This document shows, piece by piece, positions 1 through 9,600 of a stretch of 32,000 bases of DNA. Origin of the DNA: an uncultured bacterium (GTDB lineage: Bacteria; Patescibacteriota; Gracilibacteria; UBA1369; PNNO01); assembly GCA_963704705.1 (NCBI GenBank), contig OY969931.1, positions 90,001 through 122,000 of the forward strand, given 5' to 3'. Position numbers and translations under genes: made by a program. Below the pieces are notes generated by a model. The model did not search any database, was not told the origin of the DNA, and saw only the letters and a program-made list of their open reading frames with translations. Numbering within the stretch: position 1 is the stretch's first letter; every line of letters begins with the position of its first letter.

Positions 1-1191
1 CATCATAACAACGTCAGCATCCTGCTCAATTGCACCTGATTCCCTTAAATCTGAAAGTTGAGGGATTTTGCTTGGCCTTAACTCAACTGCACGCGAGAGC
101 TGCGATAACGCTATAACAGGCAAGTGTAATTCACGGGCAAGGCTCTTTAATGCGCGTGAAATTTCTGAAATTTCCTGAACTCTGTTTGTTTGTCCAAAGT
201 TGGCTTTTCCTGCGCTCATAAGCTGCAAATAATCCACAATAAGAAGATCAAGACCGTGTTCCATTTGAAGTCTGCGTGCTTTTGCTCTAAGCTCAGCGAT
301 TGATCCGCCAACGGAATCATCTATAAATAATTTCATAGAATTTAGTTCGTCCATAATTCCACCGATTTTTGCAAAGTCTTCATCAGTTAATTTTCCGGTT
401 CGCATTTTCCAAGAATCAACTCCCAAAAGCGAACAGAACATTCTTTCAACCAGTTGTTCTTTGGACATCTCCAGCGAAATTATACCAACCGATTTTTGGT
501 TTTTAGCTATATTTTCAGCTATATTAAGCGCAAAAGCGGTTTTACCCATTGAAGGGCGGGCAGCGATAATTACAAGATCAGCTGGCTGCAAACCACTTAA
601 AATATTATCGAGGTCGCGATATCCGGTTGGAATTCCGCGGTATTTATCTTTGCTTTCAGGGTCGTGAAGGTCAGCAAGTTTTTCGTATGTCTGGCTTAAA
701 ATTTCTTTTACATGAACAAATCGGTCTTTAATAAAAGTCTGTGAAACATTGAATAATGATTTTTCAGCTTCTTCTAACAAATTTTCGATTTCTTCTGTTT
801 CGTTAAATCCAAGGCCTTTAATTGTATCGCCGGCTTTAAGCAGTTTCCTTAAAATAGATTTTTGTTTAACGATTGTTGCGTATTGGAAAATATGGCTTGC
901 AGTAGGCACTTCTGTTGTTAGCTCCGCGATATAAGAAGCTCCGCCCACCTGCTCAAGCTCTTTTTTATCTTCAAGGTGCGAAGTAACTGTTAGCACATCA
1001 ATAGGATTTCGTTTTTCAAAAACTTCCATGATCGTCCTATAAATCATTTCATGCTTTTCATGGTAAAAATCTTCCGGCGCAATTATGTCAGCGATTTTAA
1101 TAATTGCGTCTTTGTCGATTAAAAGCGATCCGAGGGTTGACCTTTCGGCCTCCAGACTGTGTGGGGGTACTTTTGAGATATCCTGATTCAT
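1..1191 (-). CDS. dnaB: Replicative DNA helicase DnaB (C-terminal end runs off the window start)
   Basis: Absent from the ORF track because it is open at the window edge. My reverse-complement translation from ATG 1191..1189 reads MNQDISKVPPHSLEAERSTLGSLLIDKDAIIKIADIIAPEDFYHEKHEMIYRTIMEVFEKRNPIDVLTV, a canonical DnaB N-terminal domain. Further in it reads LVIIAARPSMGKTAFALNIAENIA (Walker A) and IVDYLQLM...LSQLSRAVE...LRESGAIEQDADVVMM. The frame is exact to position 1 (397 codons). Confidence 0.92.
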   Translation of the reverse strand, partial: MNQDISKVPPHSLEAERSTLGSLLIDKDAIIKIADIIAPEDFYHEKHEMIYRTIMEVFEKRNPIDVLTVTSHLEDKKELEQVGGASYIAELTTEVPTASHIFQYATIVKQKSILRKLLKAGDTIKGLGFNETEEIENLLEEAEKSLFNVSQTFIKDRFVHVKEILSQTYEKLADLHDPESKDKYRGIPTGYRDLDNILSGLQPADLVIIAARPSMGKTAFALNIAENIAKNQKSVGIISLEMSKEQLVERMFCSLLGVDSWKMRTGKLTDEDFAKIGGIMDELNSMKLFIDDSVGGSIAELRAKARRLQMEHGLDLLIVDYLQLMSAGKANFGQTNRVQEISEISRALKSLARELHLPVIALSQLSRAVELRPSKIPQLSDLRESGAIEQDADVVMM

Positions 1192-1297
1192 GTCCTTATT
1201 AATTAAGGGCTTTCAATATACTTAAAGTTATGAAAAATTTCAAAATTTTTTATGTTTTTTTAATACTTTTTTAATGATTGTTTGTTAGATTTGCTTT

Positions 1298-1657
1298 ATG
1301 AAGAATATGCAGACTGGCAAAAAAGGGGAACAGCATGCGGCTTTTTATTTAAGATCGTGTGGTTATGAAATATTAACAACAAATTATAAAGTGCTTGGCG
1401 GCGAGATTGATATTATTGCGCGGTATAATTTGGAACTTGTTTTTATCGAGGTAAAAACAAGACACGGCAGAAGTTTTGGGTTGCCTGAAGAAGCCCTGAC
1501 TTATCACAAAAAGAAGAATTTAAAATATGCCATCATTAAATTTATGCATGAGAATTATCATCGCGGCCCTTTTAGATTTGATATGATTGCGATTGAGTTA
1601 AGCGATATTGATGAACTTTTACATTTAAGGCATTATAAGAATGTTCAATTAATCTAA
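1298..1657 (+). CDS. yraN: YraN family (UPF0102) endonuclease-like protein
   Basis: 119 aa. GKKGEQHAAFYLRSCGYEILTTNYKVLGGEIDIIA...LVFIEVKTR is the signature YraN/UPF0102 PD-(D/E)xK-like core. Confidence 0.85.
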   Translation: MKNMQTGKKGEQHAAFYLRSCGYEILTTNYKVLGGEIDIIARYNLELVFIEVKTRHGRSFGLPEEALTYHKKKNLKYAIIKFMHENYHRGPFRFDMIAIELSDIDELLHLRHYKNVQLI

Positions 1658-1662
1658 AAAAT

Positions 1663-2958
1663 ATGCATGACCAGGATAAAGAGCGATTCCTCGCCATAGT
1701 AGTGATTGTTGTTATTATTCTAGGTGCGCTTGGATACTTTTTATGGAATTTTGCTTTAAATAAAGGAACCATTACATTTAACGGCAAACCGCCATATATT
1801 ATTACGGTTGATGAAAAAGAATATAATTGCGATATCGAAAGTTGTGAACTTGTTATTCAAGAGGGAACTCATACATATAAAATTACAAAACAAGGTTACA
1901 ATTCTTTAAGCGGTTCAATCACAATTGCGCGCAGCCAGCAGTTAACAATTAATGCTGAACTTACCTATATTCCAATACTGTCACAGCCGCAAACATATAC
2001 AATATTCAGTTTGCCTGAAGGTTATTCAAAATTTATAGAAAAACTTGATTCGATCAGCTTATTCAAAACTTATGATGCCGACTACCAATTAAAACGACTA
2101 CCCAAAGTAATCGAAAATATCGTGTTTAGTTTCTCGGGTGAAAAAGCTTTAGTTTTCGAGAAAGATCAAGTATCTACTTATCAGGTCGCTGACTACACAA
2201 TTAATAAAATTGAGGGCTTAACCGGGGCAATAAACGGTGTTTTTACAGAAGATGAGAATTTCTTTTACACAGTTGCATTTGATGAGGAAGCAGGAAAAGA
2301 TGCGCTTGTTCGCGTGCCGTTTGGTGGTGGAACTTTTGAAAATATGGTTTTTTTCACAAGAAATATTGATGAATATGATTTAAAGGTTTCTTCTGATGAA
2401 AAATTTGCGGTTTTGGCTGATGACACAGGCGAAACAACGATTTTATATTTGATTGATCTTCAGAAAAAAGAACGCACAAATATTTATGAAGGAATTTCTG
2501 CTAACCTCGGCAAATTCACAAATGAAGATGATTATTTTGTTTTTGAAGGTCGAAGTGAAAATGAGGATATTGCCACTTTAAAATATCTTGATACTACAAC
2601 TAAGCAAGTCAAAGACCTGCCTTTTGATAGTTCATTGGCATTGTTTGATTTTAGCCAGGATCCTTATGCGTATTTTGTGTCTGATTCCAATTATACTAAC
2701 AGGGGAGCATTTGTTGATTTTCAAAAAGAGCAGGTCAAAGAAATAACTGTTGAGGATTTATTTCAAGATCAAATTCAGGAAACTCAACCATTGTATTTAT
2801 TTAAATGGGATCCTGTTTTAAATGAATATTTTATGATCGCTAACTTGTCAGACTTTTTTGCAGATCAAAAACCTATGCGAATCGAAGCAACAAAAGATGG
2901 GAAAGAAGTACGGTTTTTAATTGGTGAAAGCGTTTATGATTTAGTGCTGGCTGAATAA
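1663..2958 (+). CDS. Membrane-anchored hypothetical protein with PEGA-like domain
   Basis: 431 aa. N-terminal TM helix (FLAIVVIVVIILGALGYFLWNF), then a PEGA-like beta-sandwich (GTITFNGKPPYIITVDEKEY...LVIQEGTHTYKITKQGYNS...LTINAEL). The rest is a repetitive beta-rich region with no recognised family. Confidence 0.7.
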   Translation: MHDQDKERFLAIVVIVVIILGALGYFLWNFALNKGTITFNGKPPYIITVDEKEYNCDIESCELVIQEGTHTYKITKQGYNSLSGSITIARSQQLTINAELTYIPILSQPQTYTIFSLPEGYSKFIEKLDSISLFKTYDADYQLKRLPKVIENIVFSFSGEKALVFEKDQVSTYQVADYTINKIEGLTGAINGVFTEDENFFYTVAFDEEAGKDALVRVPFGGGTFENMVFFTRNIDEYDLKVSSDEKFAVLADDTGETTILYLIDLQKKERTNIYEGISANLGKFTNEDDYFVFEGRSENEDIATLKYLDTTTKQVKDLPFDSSLALFDFSQDPYAYFVSDSNYTNRGAFVDFQKEQVKEITVEDLFQDQIQETQPLYLFKWDPVLNEYFMIANLSDFFADQKPMRIEATKDGKEVRFLIGESVYDLVLAE

Positions 2959-3001
2959 TAAATTTTAGATTTTTTTTAGAAAAATTTAATCAAAATGTGA
3001 G

Positions 3002-4528
3002 ATGTTTGATGCTCACATTAACAATTTTTCTATGAAAATCTACAGCGCGGCAATCGATGGTTTAAGCCTTTGTTTAACTGAAATCGAAGCTGATATCTCG
3101 CGCGGTTTTCCGACTTTCACTATAGTCGGCCTTGGCGATACTTCAATTAAAGAGGCGCGTGAGCGAATCCGCGCCGCACTTAAAAATTCAGGATATATTT
3201 TCCCTCCGACCCGTAAAGTTATAAGCCTTTCGCCTGCTGATGTAAAAAAGCAGGGCTCTCATTTTGACCTTCCGATCGCTTTAAAAATTTTAACAGCTTC
3301 GGGTCAGATTAGCAGGAAAAGTATAGAGCCAATATTTTGTGCCGGAGAACTTGGCCTGGATGGCAGCCTTAAAAAAATTCCGGGAATTTTGCCTTTAACC
3401 CACTTTGCTTTAAAGAGAGGCTTCAAACAAATTTTTATACCGTATGAAAATAAAGAAGAAGCCGAAATGATAAAAGGAATTGTAATTTTTCCAATCAAAC
3501 ACATAAAAGATTTGATTAGCCATTGTGAAGGCGTGAAGCCAATTACACCGTTAAAGCCGGTTTTTATTAAAGCAAAATATACAAAACCTGAAATTGATTT
3601 TGAACATATCAAAGGTCATCAAATTCCAAAGCGTGCACTTGAAATTGCAGCGGCAGGCAACCATCACATTTGTTTAATAGGGCCTCCGGGCACAGGCAAA
3701 ACAATGCTCGCAAAAGCGTTTTCTTCAATTCTCCCGCCTTTAAATCAAAAAGATTCAATGCAGGTGAGCATGATTTATTCGGTTATGCAAAACAAGCTTA
3801 AACAAAAGCTTCCAATTACGATTCCACAATTCAGGCATGTTCACCATTCAACAACATCAGCAACTTTGATTGGCGGGGGAGTTCCTTTGCAACTTGGCGA
3901 AGCAACCCTCGCGCATAAAGGAGTTTTATTTTTGGATGAGTTCACAGAATTTAATAAAAGAATTATCGAAGAGCTGCGCGAACCATTGCAGGAAGGAGTA
4001 ATAAGACTGGGACGTCATGGACGTACACGCCAACTCCCTGCCAAATTTCAGCTTGTTGCTGCCATGAATCCATGCGCTTGCGGATATTTTGGCGATATGT
4101 ACAAAAGATGCCAGTGCACTCCATATCAAATCAAAAACTATTATAAAAAAATTTCAGGCCCAATCCTTGACCGTATCGACATAATCACCGAAGTACCGCG
4201 TCTTACAAAAACCAGCATCCGAATAAAAAACAATGCCGAACCATCGCGAACAATTCAAAAGCGGGTAATCAAAGCACATGAACTTCAGGAAAAACGCGGT
4301 TTAAAAAACAATCAGCTCCAAATGAATCAAATAAAAGAAGTATGTAAACTAAGTCACGAATCAGAAGATTTTATGTCAAAAGTTATTGAAAAGCTGCACA
4401 TTTCACCGCGGAGCTATTTAAGTATTCTCAAAGTGGCACGAACAATCGCTGACCTCGAACAATGCGACCGTGTTTTAACCGATCACATTGCTGAGGCAGT
4501 TCAATATAAAAAGGACTTTGTTTATTGA
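3002..4528 (+). CDS. comM: YifB/ComM family Mg-chelatase-like AAA+ ATPase
   Basis: 508 aa. N-terminal Lon-protease-like domain (FPTFTIVGLGDTSIKEARERIRAAL), Walker A GPPGTGKT, Walker B VLFLDEF, and a C-terminal Mg-chelatase helical domain. Family N-termini usually begin near MKIYSAA, so ATG 3032 is a plausible true start. An inverted repeat ATGTGAG/CTCACAT spans 2995-3019 over the upstream ATG. Confidence 0.9.
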   Translation: MFDAHINNFSMKIYSAAIDGLSLCLTEIEADISRGFPTFTIVGLGDTSIKEARERIRAALKNSGYIFPPTRKVISLSPADVKKQGSHFDLPIALKILTASGQISRKSIEPIFCAGELGLDGSLKKIPGILPLTHFALKRGFKQIFIPYENKEEAEMIKGIVIFPIKHIKDLISHCEGVKPITPLKPVFIKAKYTKPEIDFEHIKGHQIPKRALEIAAAGNHHICLIGPPGTGKTMLAKAFSSILPPLNQKDSMQVSMIYSVMQNKLKQKLPITIPQFRHVHHSTTSATLIGGGVPLQLGEATLAHKGVLFLDEFTEFNKRIIEELREPLQEGVIRLGRHGRTRQLPAKFQLVAAMNPCACGYFGDMYKRCQCTPYQIKNYYKKISGPILDRIDIITEVPRLTKTSIRIKNNAEPSRTIQKRVIKAHELQEKRGLKNNQLQMNQIKEVCKLSHESEDFMSKVIEKLHISPRSYLSILKVARTIADLEQCDRVLTDHIAEAVQYKKDFVY

Positions 4529-6399
4529 TAAGTGCAGGTCGTTGCAGTACTGGTATCAACTCTGTTGTCTAAGTAGTAATAATCTCCTACCTGATATTGG
4601 CAACCATAATAGTCGTCAATTCCATAAACCGGAATAAAGTCACCGTCTCTTGCACCGAATTCACGAGCATCGTAAACACCATTATCTGAAGCCATCGCCA
4701 CAGTATTTTTATTTATTTCATATTTGAAAACTCTTCTTGTATTGTTTTCAGTATAATCAGGAATAAAAATCAACATTGTATTATCTAGAGCCAAGCAGTA
4801 CTCTCCCTTATCATCAACAGCTGAATCCATATAAGATGGCCATTCTCCAGGTAGTGTCGATGAATATGAATCAAGAGATCCAATAAAATCTACATACCAA
4901 TCTTGATCACTGTAATCCTGAATGCTTCCGCATCCGTCAAAAGCAATTCCCGCTATTGGTGTAAATTCAAGTGAATCTAGCATTGAATAATAATCTGGCA
5001 TGTAATCATTTAATGTATTTGCATTAGGGGCGCTAAAGAAAAATTCAATATGACTATCCCATTCATTATCAACAACATAGTAACCATTTCGTACAAATAC
5101 ATAATCGGTATTTTCCTCTGTTGCATACCAGGGAGTTTCCTCATTTAAGCCTTGAATTGGGTGTGGTGTCCCATCTGTAATAATATTTCCTTCATATCCG
5201 GTTTCCACCGGAGGAGCATTAATTATGATTCTTAAATCAGGGTCAGCTTCATTTACAAATGCTAATCGAAGTTGGCTAAAAGTGCCAAAATCAGTAGTCT
5301 CTTCTTGATCTAAAGTCCATCCTTCAGGAATATCAAAACTTAAATTAAAATCAGGATTATTATAAGAATTTGAAGCAGAAGTATTTGGCTCTCTGAATGT
5401 AAGCATTATGTGATTAATCAAATAGCTGGCTTCAAGGCTTGGACTAAAAGAACCTATTCTGTAATTTTCATTTATATTAAAACAAGTGGCCTGATATGTT
5501 TCAGGACCGCAATCCATTTGTCTTTGATTTATGGCCACTATTTCATCACCCGCATCTGTAGTGCCTTCAATTATTATACTTGGATAATCAGCAACCACAC
5601 CACCTGCAGTTGTATAAAAATTATCTGAAGTCACCTCCCACCCGTCAGGCATAATAAAGCTTACGCCATTTGAAGGGCTGACATAATAATTAAGTGGATT
5701 TGGCGACATTGTATCAACATAACCAAACACTGAATTATCAGTTAAAGTCTTCATTCTATAAAGCATTTCAGCCACTTCTTTTCTGCTCATTGAATCGCCC
5801 GGATGAAAATAAATTTCATTCATACTGTCAGCAGCAAGTTGTGTTACGTGGTCTTTTCCAACCGCATTTCTATCAACAGCTGAATATATGTAAACATCAA
5901 ACCAGTTGTTGCCTGGTAATACATCTCTGTAAACATTGTCGCCACGATTTAATGATTCTTCGTTTAATAAATCAAATCCAACCACCGCCATTTTAATTGC
6001 TTCAGCCCGGTTAACACACTGTCCCGGTTTAAAAGTTCTATCAGGATATCCTTGAACAGCTTCGTCGCGGATTCCCTGATCAACATATGGCCAATACCAT
6101 TCTTCAGGCGAAACGTCGCTGAAATAATCAGCGTAATACATTGAGCCTGCATGCGCATCGCTCACAATAATGTTTGTACCCAAAGTTAAGTACATCATTT
6201 TTAAAAATTCAGCGCGATTCACACATTGGTCAGGCATAAAAGTGCCATCAGGATATCCCTGAATAACACCGTTATCAGCCATCCACTGAATAGATGAAGC
6301 ATAACTTGTGCTTGTAGTAACATCAGAAAAAGCTGCGCCAGCCACCTGTCCGATCATCAAAGTCAAAATAAAAACAGGAATTAGAAAAACTTTTTTCAT
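4522..6399 (-). CDS. Secreted S-layer-homology (SLH) domain surface protein
   Basis: 625 aa. Signal peptide MKKVFLIPVFILTLMIGQVAGAAF. Tandem SLH motifs (FSDV..W..GVIQGYPDGTFMPDQCVNRAEFLKMMY; ..VQGYPDRTFKPGQCVNRAEAIKMAV). Long acidic, aromatic-rich C-terminal region with no recognised family. The 3' end overlaps comM by 7 nt (convergent). Confidence 0.8.
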   Translation of the reverse strand: MKKVFLIPVFILTLMIGQVAGAAFSDVTTSTSYASSIQWMADNGVIQGYPDGTFMPDQCVNRAEFLKMMYLTLGTNIIVSDAHAGSMYYADYFSDVSPEEWYWPYVDQGIRDEAVQGYPDRTFKPGQCVNRAEAIKMAVVGFDLLNEESLNRGDNVYRDVLPGNNWFDVYIYSAVDRNAVGKDHVTQLAADSMNEIYFHPGDSMSRKEVAEMLYRMKTLTDNSVFGYVDTMSPNPLNYYVSPSNGVSFIMPDGWEVTSDNFYTTAGGVVADYPSIIIEGTTDAGDEIVAINQRQMDCGPETYQATCFNINENYRIGSFSPSLEASYLINHIMLTFREPNTSASNSYNNPDFNLSFDIPEGWTLDQEETTDFGTFSQLRLAFVNEADPDLRIIINAPPVETGYEGNIITDGTPHPIQGLNEETPWYATEENTDYVFVRNGYYVVDNEWDSHIEFFFSAPNANTLNDYMPDYYSMLDSLEFTPIAGIAFDGCGSIQDYSDQDWYVDFIGSLDSYSSTLPGEWPSYMDSAVDDKGEYCLALDNTMLIFIPDYTENNTRRVFKYEINKNTVAMASDNGVYDAREFGARDGDFIPVYGIDDYYGCQYQVGDYYYLDNRVDTSTATTCTYQ

Positions 6400-6463
6400 T
6401 TAAAATATGGTTAATAGTAATTCCGAGGAATACAATAACACATTTTACTATGAAAGTTGCCGT

Positions 6464-7138
6464 TTATTTTTTTCTGAATCCAAGCACCGAAACATATCCG
6501 CCTTCAATTGGGTAGTCGCCTAATGAATAGTCAATTTCATCATTGATATAAAGGCGTAATGCGTAAGGATTTTCGATTTGGAATTTGAATCTTGAGCCCG
6601 ATTTAACATCTCCTGTTATATCAAGAACAACTTTATATTCTTTTGATGATTCAGGTTGTAGTATTGAAGTGAATTTTGAAAATGAAATAACTCCTTCGCG
6701 AACTTTGCTGCGGGCAATTACTTCATCTCCTTCCAAAAGTCTTGCTTCCAGCATTTCGCGGCTATCAACATTGCCAATCAAATTTAATTGAATGCCTTTT
6801 AAAACAAGAGTTTCTGTATTTGATTCAATTATAAATGAAAAAACCTGAGCGTTTTCTTCACCTGGATTTATATAATGAAGATTAGTAGAATCGCTTGCAA
6901 TAATGTTATATGCATTATTAATTTTAAATGCCTCTTTAACTTCCGAACCACTATGCATTACATTTGCCTGCGCAGTATCAGGATTAAATTTTGCATCAAA
7001 ATAAGCCTGGGTTCCATACGCAAAAACCGCCATTAAAAGGAAAACAGCAATGCTCCAGCGTTTATTTCTGAAGCCAGAAATTTCTTGTCTGTGCTTCTTT
7101 ATTAACTTCTTGATATTTATTTTTTTGTCTTTTGTCAT
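6464..7138 (-). CDS. Hypothetical membrane-anchored protein
   Basis: 224 aa. Lys-rich N-terminus, one TM helix (WSIAVFLLMAVFAYG), then a beta-rich ectodomain. No family recognised. Confidence 0.6.
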   Translation of the reverse strand: MTKDKKINIKKLIKKHRQEISGFRNKRWSIAVFLLMAVFAYGTQAYFDAKFNPDTAQANVMHSGSEVKEAFKINNAYNIIASDSTNLHYINPGEENAQVFSFIIESNTETLVLKGIQLNLIGNVDSREMLEARLLEGDEVIARSKVREGVISFSKFTSILQPESSKEYKVVLDITGDVKSGSRFKFQIENPYALRLYINDEIDYSLGDYPIEGGYVSVLGFRKK

Positions 7139-7192
7139 AGTTCGTGAGGGTTTTTACGTCCAAATATTATACCATACTTTAGCGCTTTCTTG

Positions 7193-7975
7193 CTAGTCCT
7201 TCTTTATATAAATTATATCTCCGCCAGCAGCGTCCATTGCCTTTTTAAACACATCATAATCATAGCTGAAATCTTTACCTCGTTTTGTTCCAACATCGTT
7301 TGTAATAATTTTTTCAGGTGTATAGCCGATAACAGTAAGCATATGATAACCAGGGTATGGATAGTATGGGTTTTGAAGAATATCTCCCATGATAGGAACG
7401 ATAACCGGATGACCGGCCGATATAGCTTTTTTAATGTCTAGAATATCCGCATCATAAACAATCACAATGTTTTCTTCCGGAATAGAATAATAACCTTTTA
7501 TAAAAGTTTTCATTTCGTTTGCATATAAATCTTTATGTTCTCCGAAAGCTTTTTTCTCCCATTCAATCATATCCAAAATCGTGTCATTAGCGGCTTGCTT
7601 ATCAATTTCTTTGATTCCGTCCAAATAATATTTAACCTGCAGGAGTGATGCTTCCTCGCAGCTTTCTTCATGAAATTTCCAGTTAGCCTCTGTCTCTAAT
7701 GGTGCCTGACAAACAAAAGGCACATCAAGATATGCATTTTCTAAAATAACAACATTTTCTTCCGGGTTTTCTTCAGCGATTTCCGCAATGCTTTCAATTG
7801 TGTTTTCTAAAATCCCACCATCAACAATTTGATCCATCACATTTGCGTTTTCCTCTTCCATTTGTAGTCGTTCAATATAAGCAGTTAGTTTTGGCCAGCC
7901 AATAAAACCAGCGCCAATTGTTATGCCGATTGCAGCGAATACCGCATATTTAGCGAACTTTTGCTTTTTGCTCAT
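7193..7975 (-). CDS. Membrane-anchored C39-like (Peptidase_C39_2 / YvpB-like) cysteine peptidase domain protein
   Basis: 260 aa. N-terminal TM anchor. LDVPFVCQAP...HEESCEEASLLQV (candidate Cys) and PGYHMLTVIGY...NDVG (candidate His/Asp) match the C39-like fold family pattern. Overlaps the murJ 3' end by 26 nt on the same strand. Confidence 0.65.
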   Translation of the reverse strand: MSKKQKFAKYAVFAAIGITIGAGFIGWPKLTAYIERLQMEEENANVMDQIVDGGILENTIESIAEIAEENPEENVVILENAYLDVPFVCQAPLETEANWKFHEESCEEASLLQVKYYLDGIKEIDKQAANDTILDMIEWEKKAFGEHKDLYANEMKTFIKGYYSIPEENIVIVYDADILDIKKAISAGHPVIVPIMGDILQNPYYPYPGYHMLTVIGYTPEKIITNDVGTKRGKDFSYDYDVFKKAMDAAGGDIIYIKKD

Positions 7976-9467
7976 AAGCTTTAAGTAAAATTGCCACTAT
8001 AAAATAAATTAATGCTCCAACAGCTATTCTGAATAACTGCAGAGTGAAAAAAGACGTTGAAATTATACTAGGAATATAAATAACCGCAAGTCCCATTAAG
8101 CCGGAGGCAAGAGCGATTTTTATTAATTTTAAGCCAAATTTTCGCCATTTGAATCCTTTGAGTTTTTTTGAGAAAAAAGCAGCGAGCAAAATAAGCTGAA
8201 TAGATGTACCAATTAAAAACGCAATGGATATTGCTGCAACACCAATAAATTTTGCAGCGATTATACAAAATCCAATATTAATTGCATATCCAATCAACGA
8301 AAATGACATTGGCGTTAAAGTGTTTTTATACGCATAATATCCGCGCGCAAAAATATGAACCGCGCTTTCAACCGGAATCGATAAAACAAAAAATACAAGC
8401 ACTGTACTGGTTAATGTAACAGCGGCTTCATCAAAAACTCCTCCTTTCAATATAATTTCGATTATTTCTCGATTCATAATCAGCATTCCAACTGTTGCGG
8501 GCACTGCGAAAAATAATATTTTTTCCAATGTTTTCTGAAAATCAAATGAGAAATTTTTAACATCTTTATTGTGCACATGGTCAGCTAAAAACGGAAAAAC
8601 CGCAGTAGCAAAGGCTATTCCAAATAGACTAACCGGAAAACTTTGCAAATTTCGAGCATAATTAAATGCCGCAACACTTCCCTCAGCCAAACTAAAAGCA
8701 ACAAAAGTATATGTCCAAAGCATTATCTGCCATGCCACAAGGCTAATTGTTTTTGGAATCATCAGTTTAAAAATTTTTCTGACTCCCTCATGTTTTAAAT
8801 CCAATGTTAACTTAAATTTGTATTTAACAGTTAGAATATCCAGAATTCTAACTGCAAGATGAAAGAATGATCCGATGATGGCGCCAAAAGCAGCAGCATA
8901 AATTCCAAATTGTTTACTCAATAAAAGAATTCCAAGAATAATTCCAAGATTATATAAAAATCCGCTAAGCGCATAAGCCATAAAATGCTTCTGAGTAATC
9001 AAAATGCTCCCTAGCGCATTACTTATTGCAAACAAAATCGGCGACAATAAAAGTATTCTCGTCATTCCAATAATCAGTTCATGGTCAGCAGGATCAATAT
9101 GGCTAAAAAAACCGCTTATTACATATGGAGCCAAAAAGAAAAATACAATTCCAAGTCCGCCAAGCAAAAGCGAACCAAAGGTAATAATCGTATTTGCAAT
9201 TTTGCGCGCAACCTCTTCGTTTTCTTTAAAATAACTTGTAAAAACCGGCACAAACGCCACACTAAGCGCACCCGCAATAACCAGATTAAATAAAAGATCA
9301 GGAATCAAAAAAGAAGCATTATAAGCGTCGGTATAGTGTGTTGCACCAAATGTTGTTGAAAGAACACGATCGCGCATCAACCCTGCCGCATAACTAAGTG
9401 CCGACGCAGCCATGAGCAAAAACGCTGCCTGTCCTGTTTTTTGCGATCTAAATATTTTGCTTAGCAT
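7950..9467 (-). CDS. murJ: Lipid II flippase MurJ (MviN)
   Basis: 505 aa polytopic protein. The N-terminus ...AAFLLMAASALSYAAGLMRDRVLSTTFGATHYTDAYNASFLIPDLLFNLVIAGALSVAFVPVF is the conserved MurJ/MviN signature. Confidence 0.9.
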   Translation of the reverse strand: MLSKIFRSQKTGQAAFLLMAASALSYAAGLMRDRVLSTTFGATHYTDAYNASFLIPDLLFNLVIAGALSVAFVPVFTSYFKENEEVARKIANTIITFGSLLLGGLGIVFFFLAPYVISGFFSHIDPADHELIIGMTRILLLSPILFAISNALGSILITQKHFMAYALSGFLYNLGIILGILLLSKQFGIYAAAFGAIIGSFFHLAVRILDILTVKYKFKLTLDLKHEGVRKIFKLMIPKTISLVAWQIMLWTYTFVAFSLAEGSVAAFNYARNLQSFPVSLFGIAFATAVFPFLADHVHNKDVKNFSFDFQKTLEKILFFAVPATVGMLIMNREIIEIILKGGVFDEAAVTLTSTVLVFFVLSIPVESAVHIFARGYYAYKNTLTPMSFSLIGYAINIGFCIIAAKFIGVAAISIAFLIGTSIQLILLAAFFSKKLKGFKWRKFGLKLIKIALASGLMGLAVIYIPSIISTSFFTLQLFRIAVGALIYFIVAILLKAYEQKAKVR

Positions 9468-9483
9468 GGCTGTATTTTATATT

Positions 9484-9544
9484 AATTACTTAGTAAGTGC
9501 CAATTACTTAGTAATCTGGAATTACTAAGTGATCCCTGATCACT
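9484..9544. promoter_or_regulatory. Array of three palindromic boxes at 18-bp spacing plus a perfect 7-bp inverted repeat (candidate operator array)
   Basis: AATTACTTAGTAA at 9484-9496 and 9502-9514, and AATTACTAAGTGA at 9520-9532. The core TTACT-N-AGTAA is palindromic. AGTGATC-CCT-GATCACT at 9528-9544 overlaps the third box. All lie in the 133-nt divergent murJ/murA intergenic region. Confidence 0.5.
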
Positions 9545-9561
9545 CGGTGATTTATTTGACT

Positions 9562-9590
9562 TTGTCAAAAATTTAAGTTGAAGCTATAAT
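9562..9590 (+). promoter_or_regulatory. Sigma70-type promoter of murA (TTGTCA-17 nt-TATAAT)
   Basis: TTGTCA at 9562-9567 and TATAAT at 9585-9590, with exactly 17 nt between them. The -10 element ends 10 nt before the murA ATG at 9601, which implies a leader of only a few nt and no SD. Confidence 0.55.
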
Positions 9591-9600
9591 ACACATCACT

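Noticed and set aside
461-934. Track ORFs 461..667 (+) and 749..934 (+)
   Set aside because: Both are antisense to a continuous, strongly DnaB-like reading frame on the minus strand (1..1191), and their peptides are low-complexity. They are shadow ORFs.
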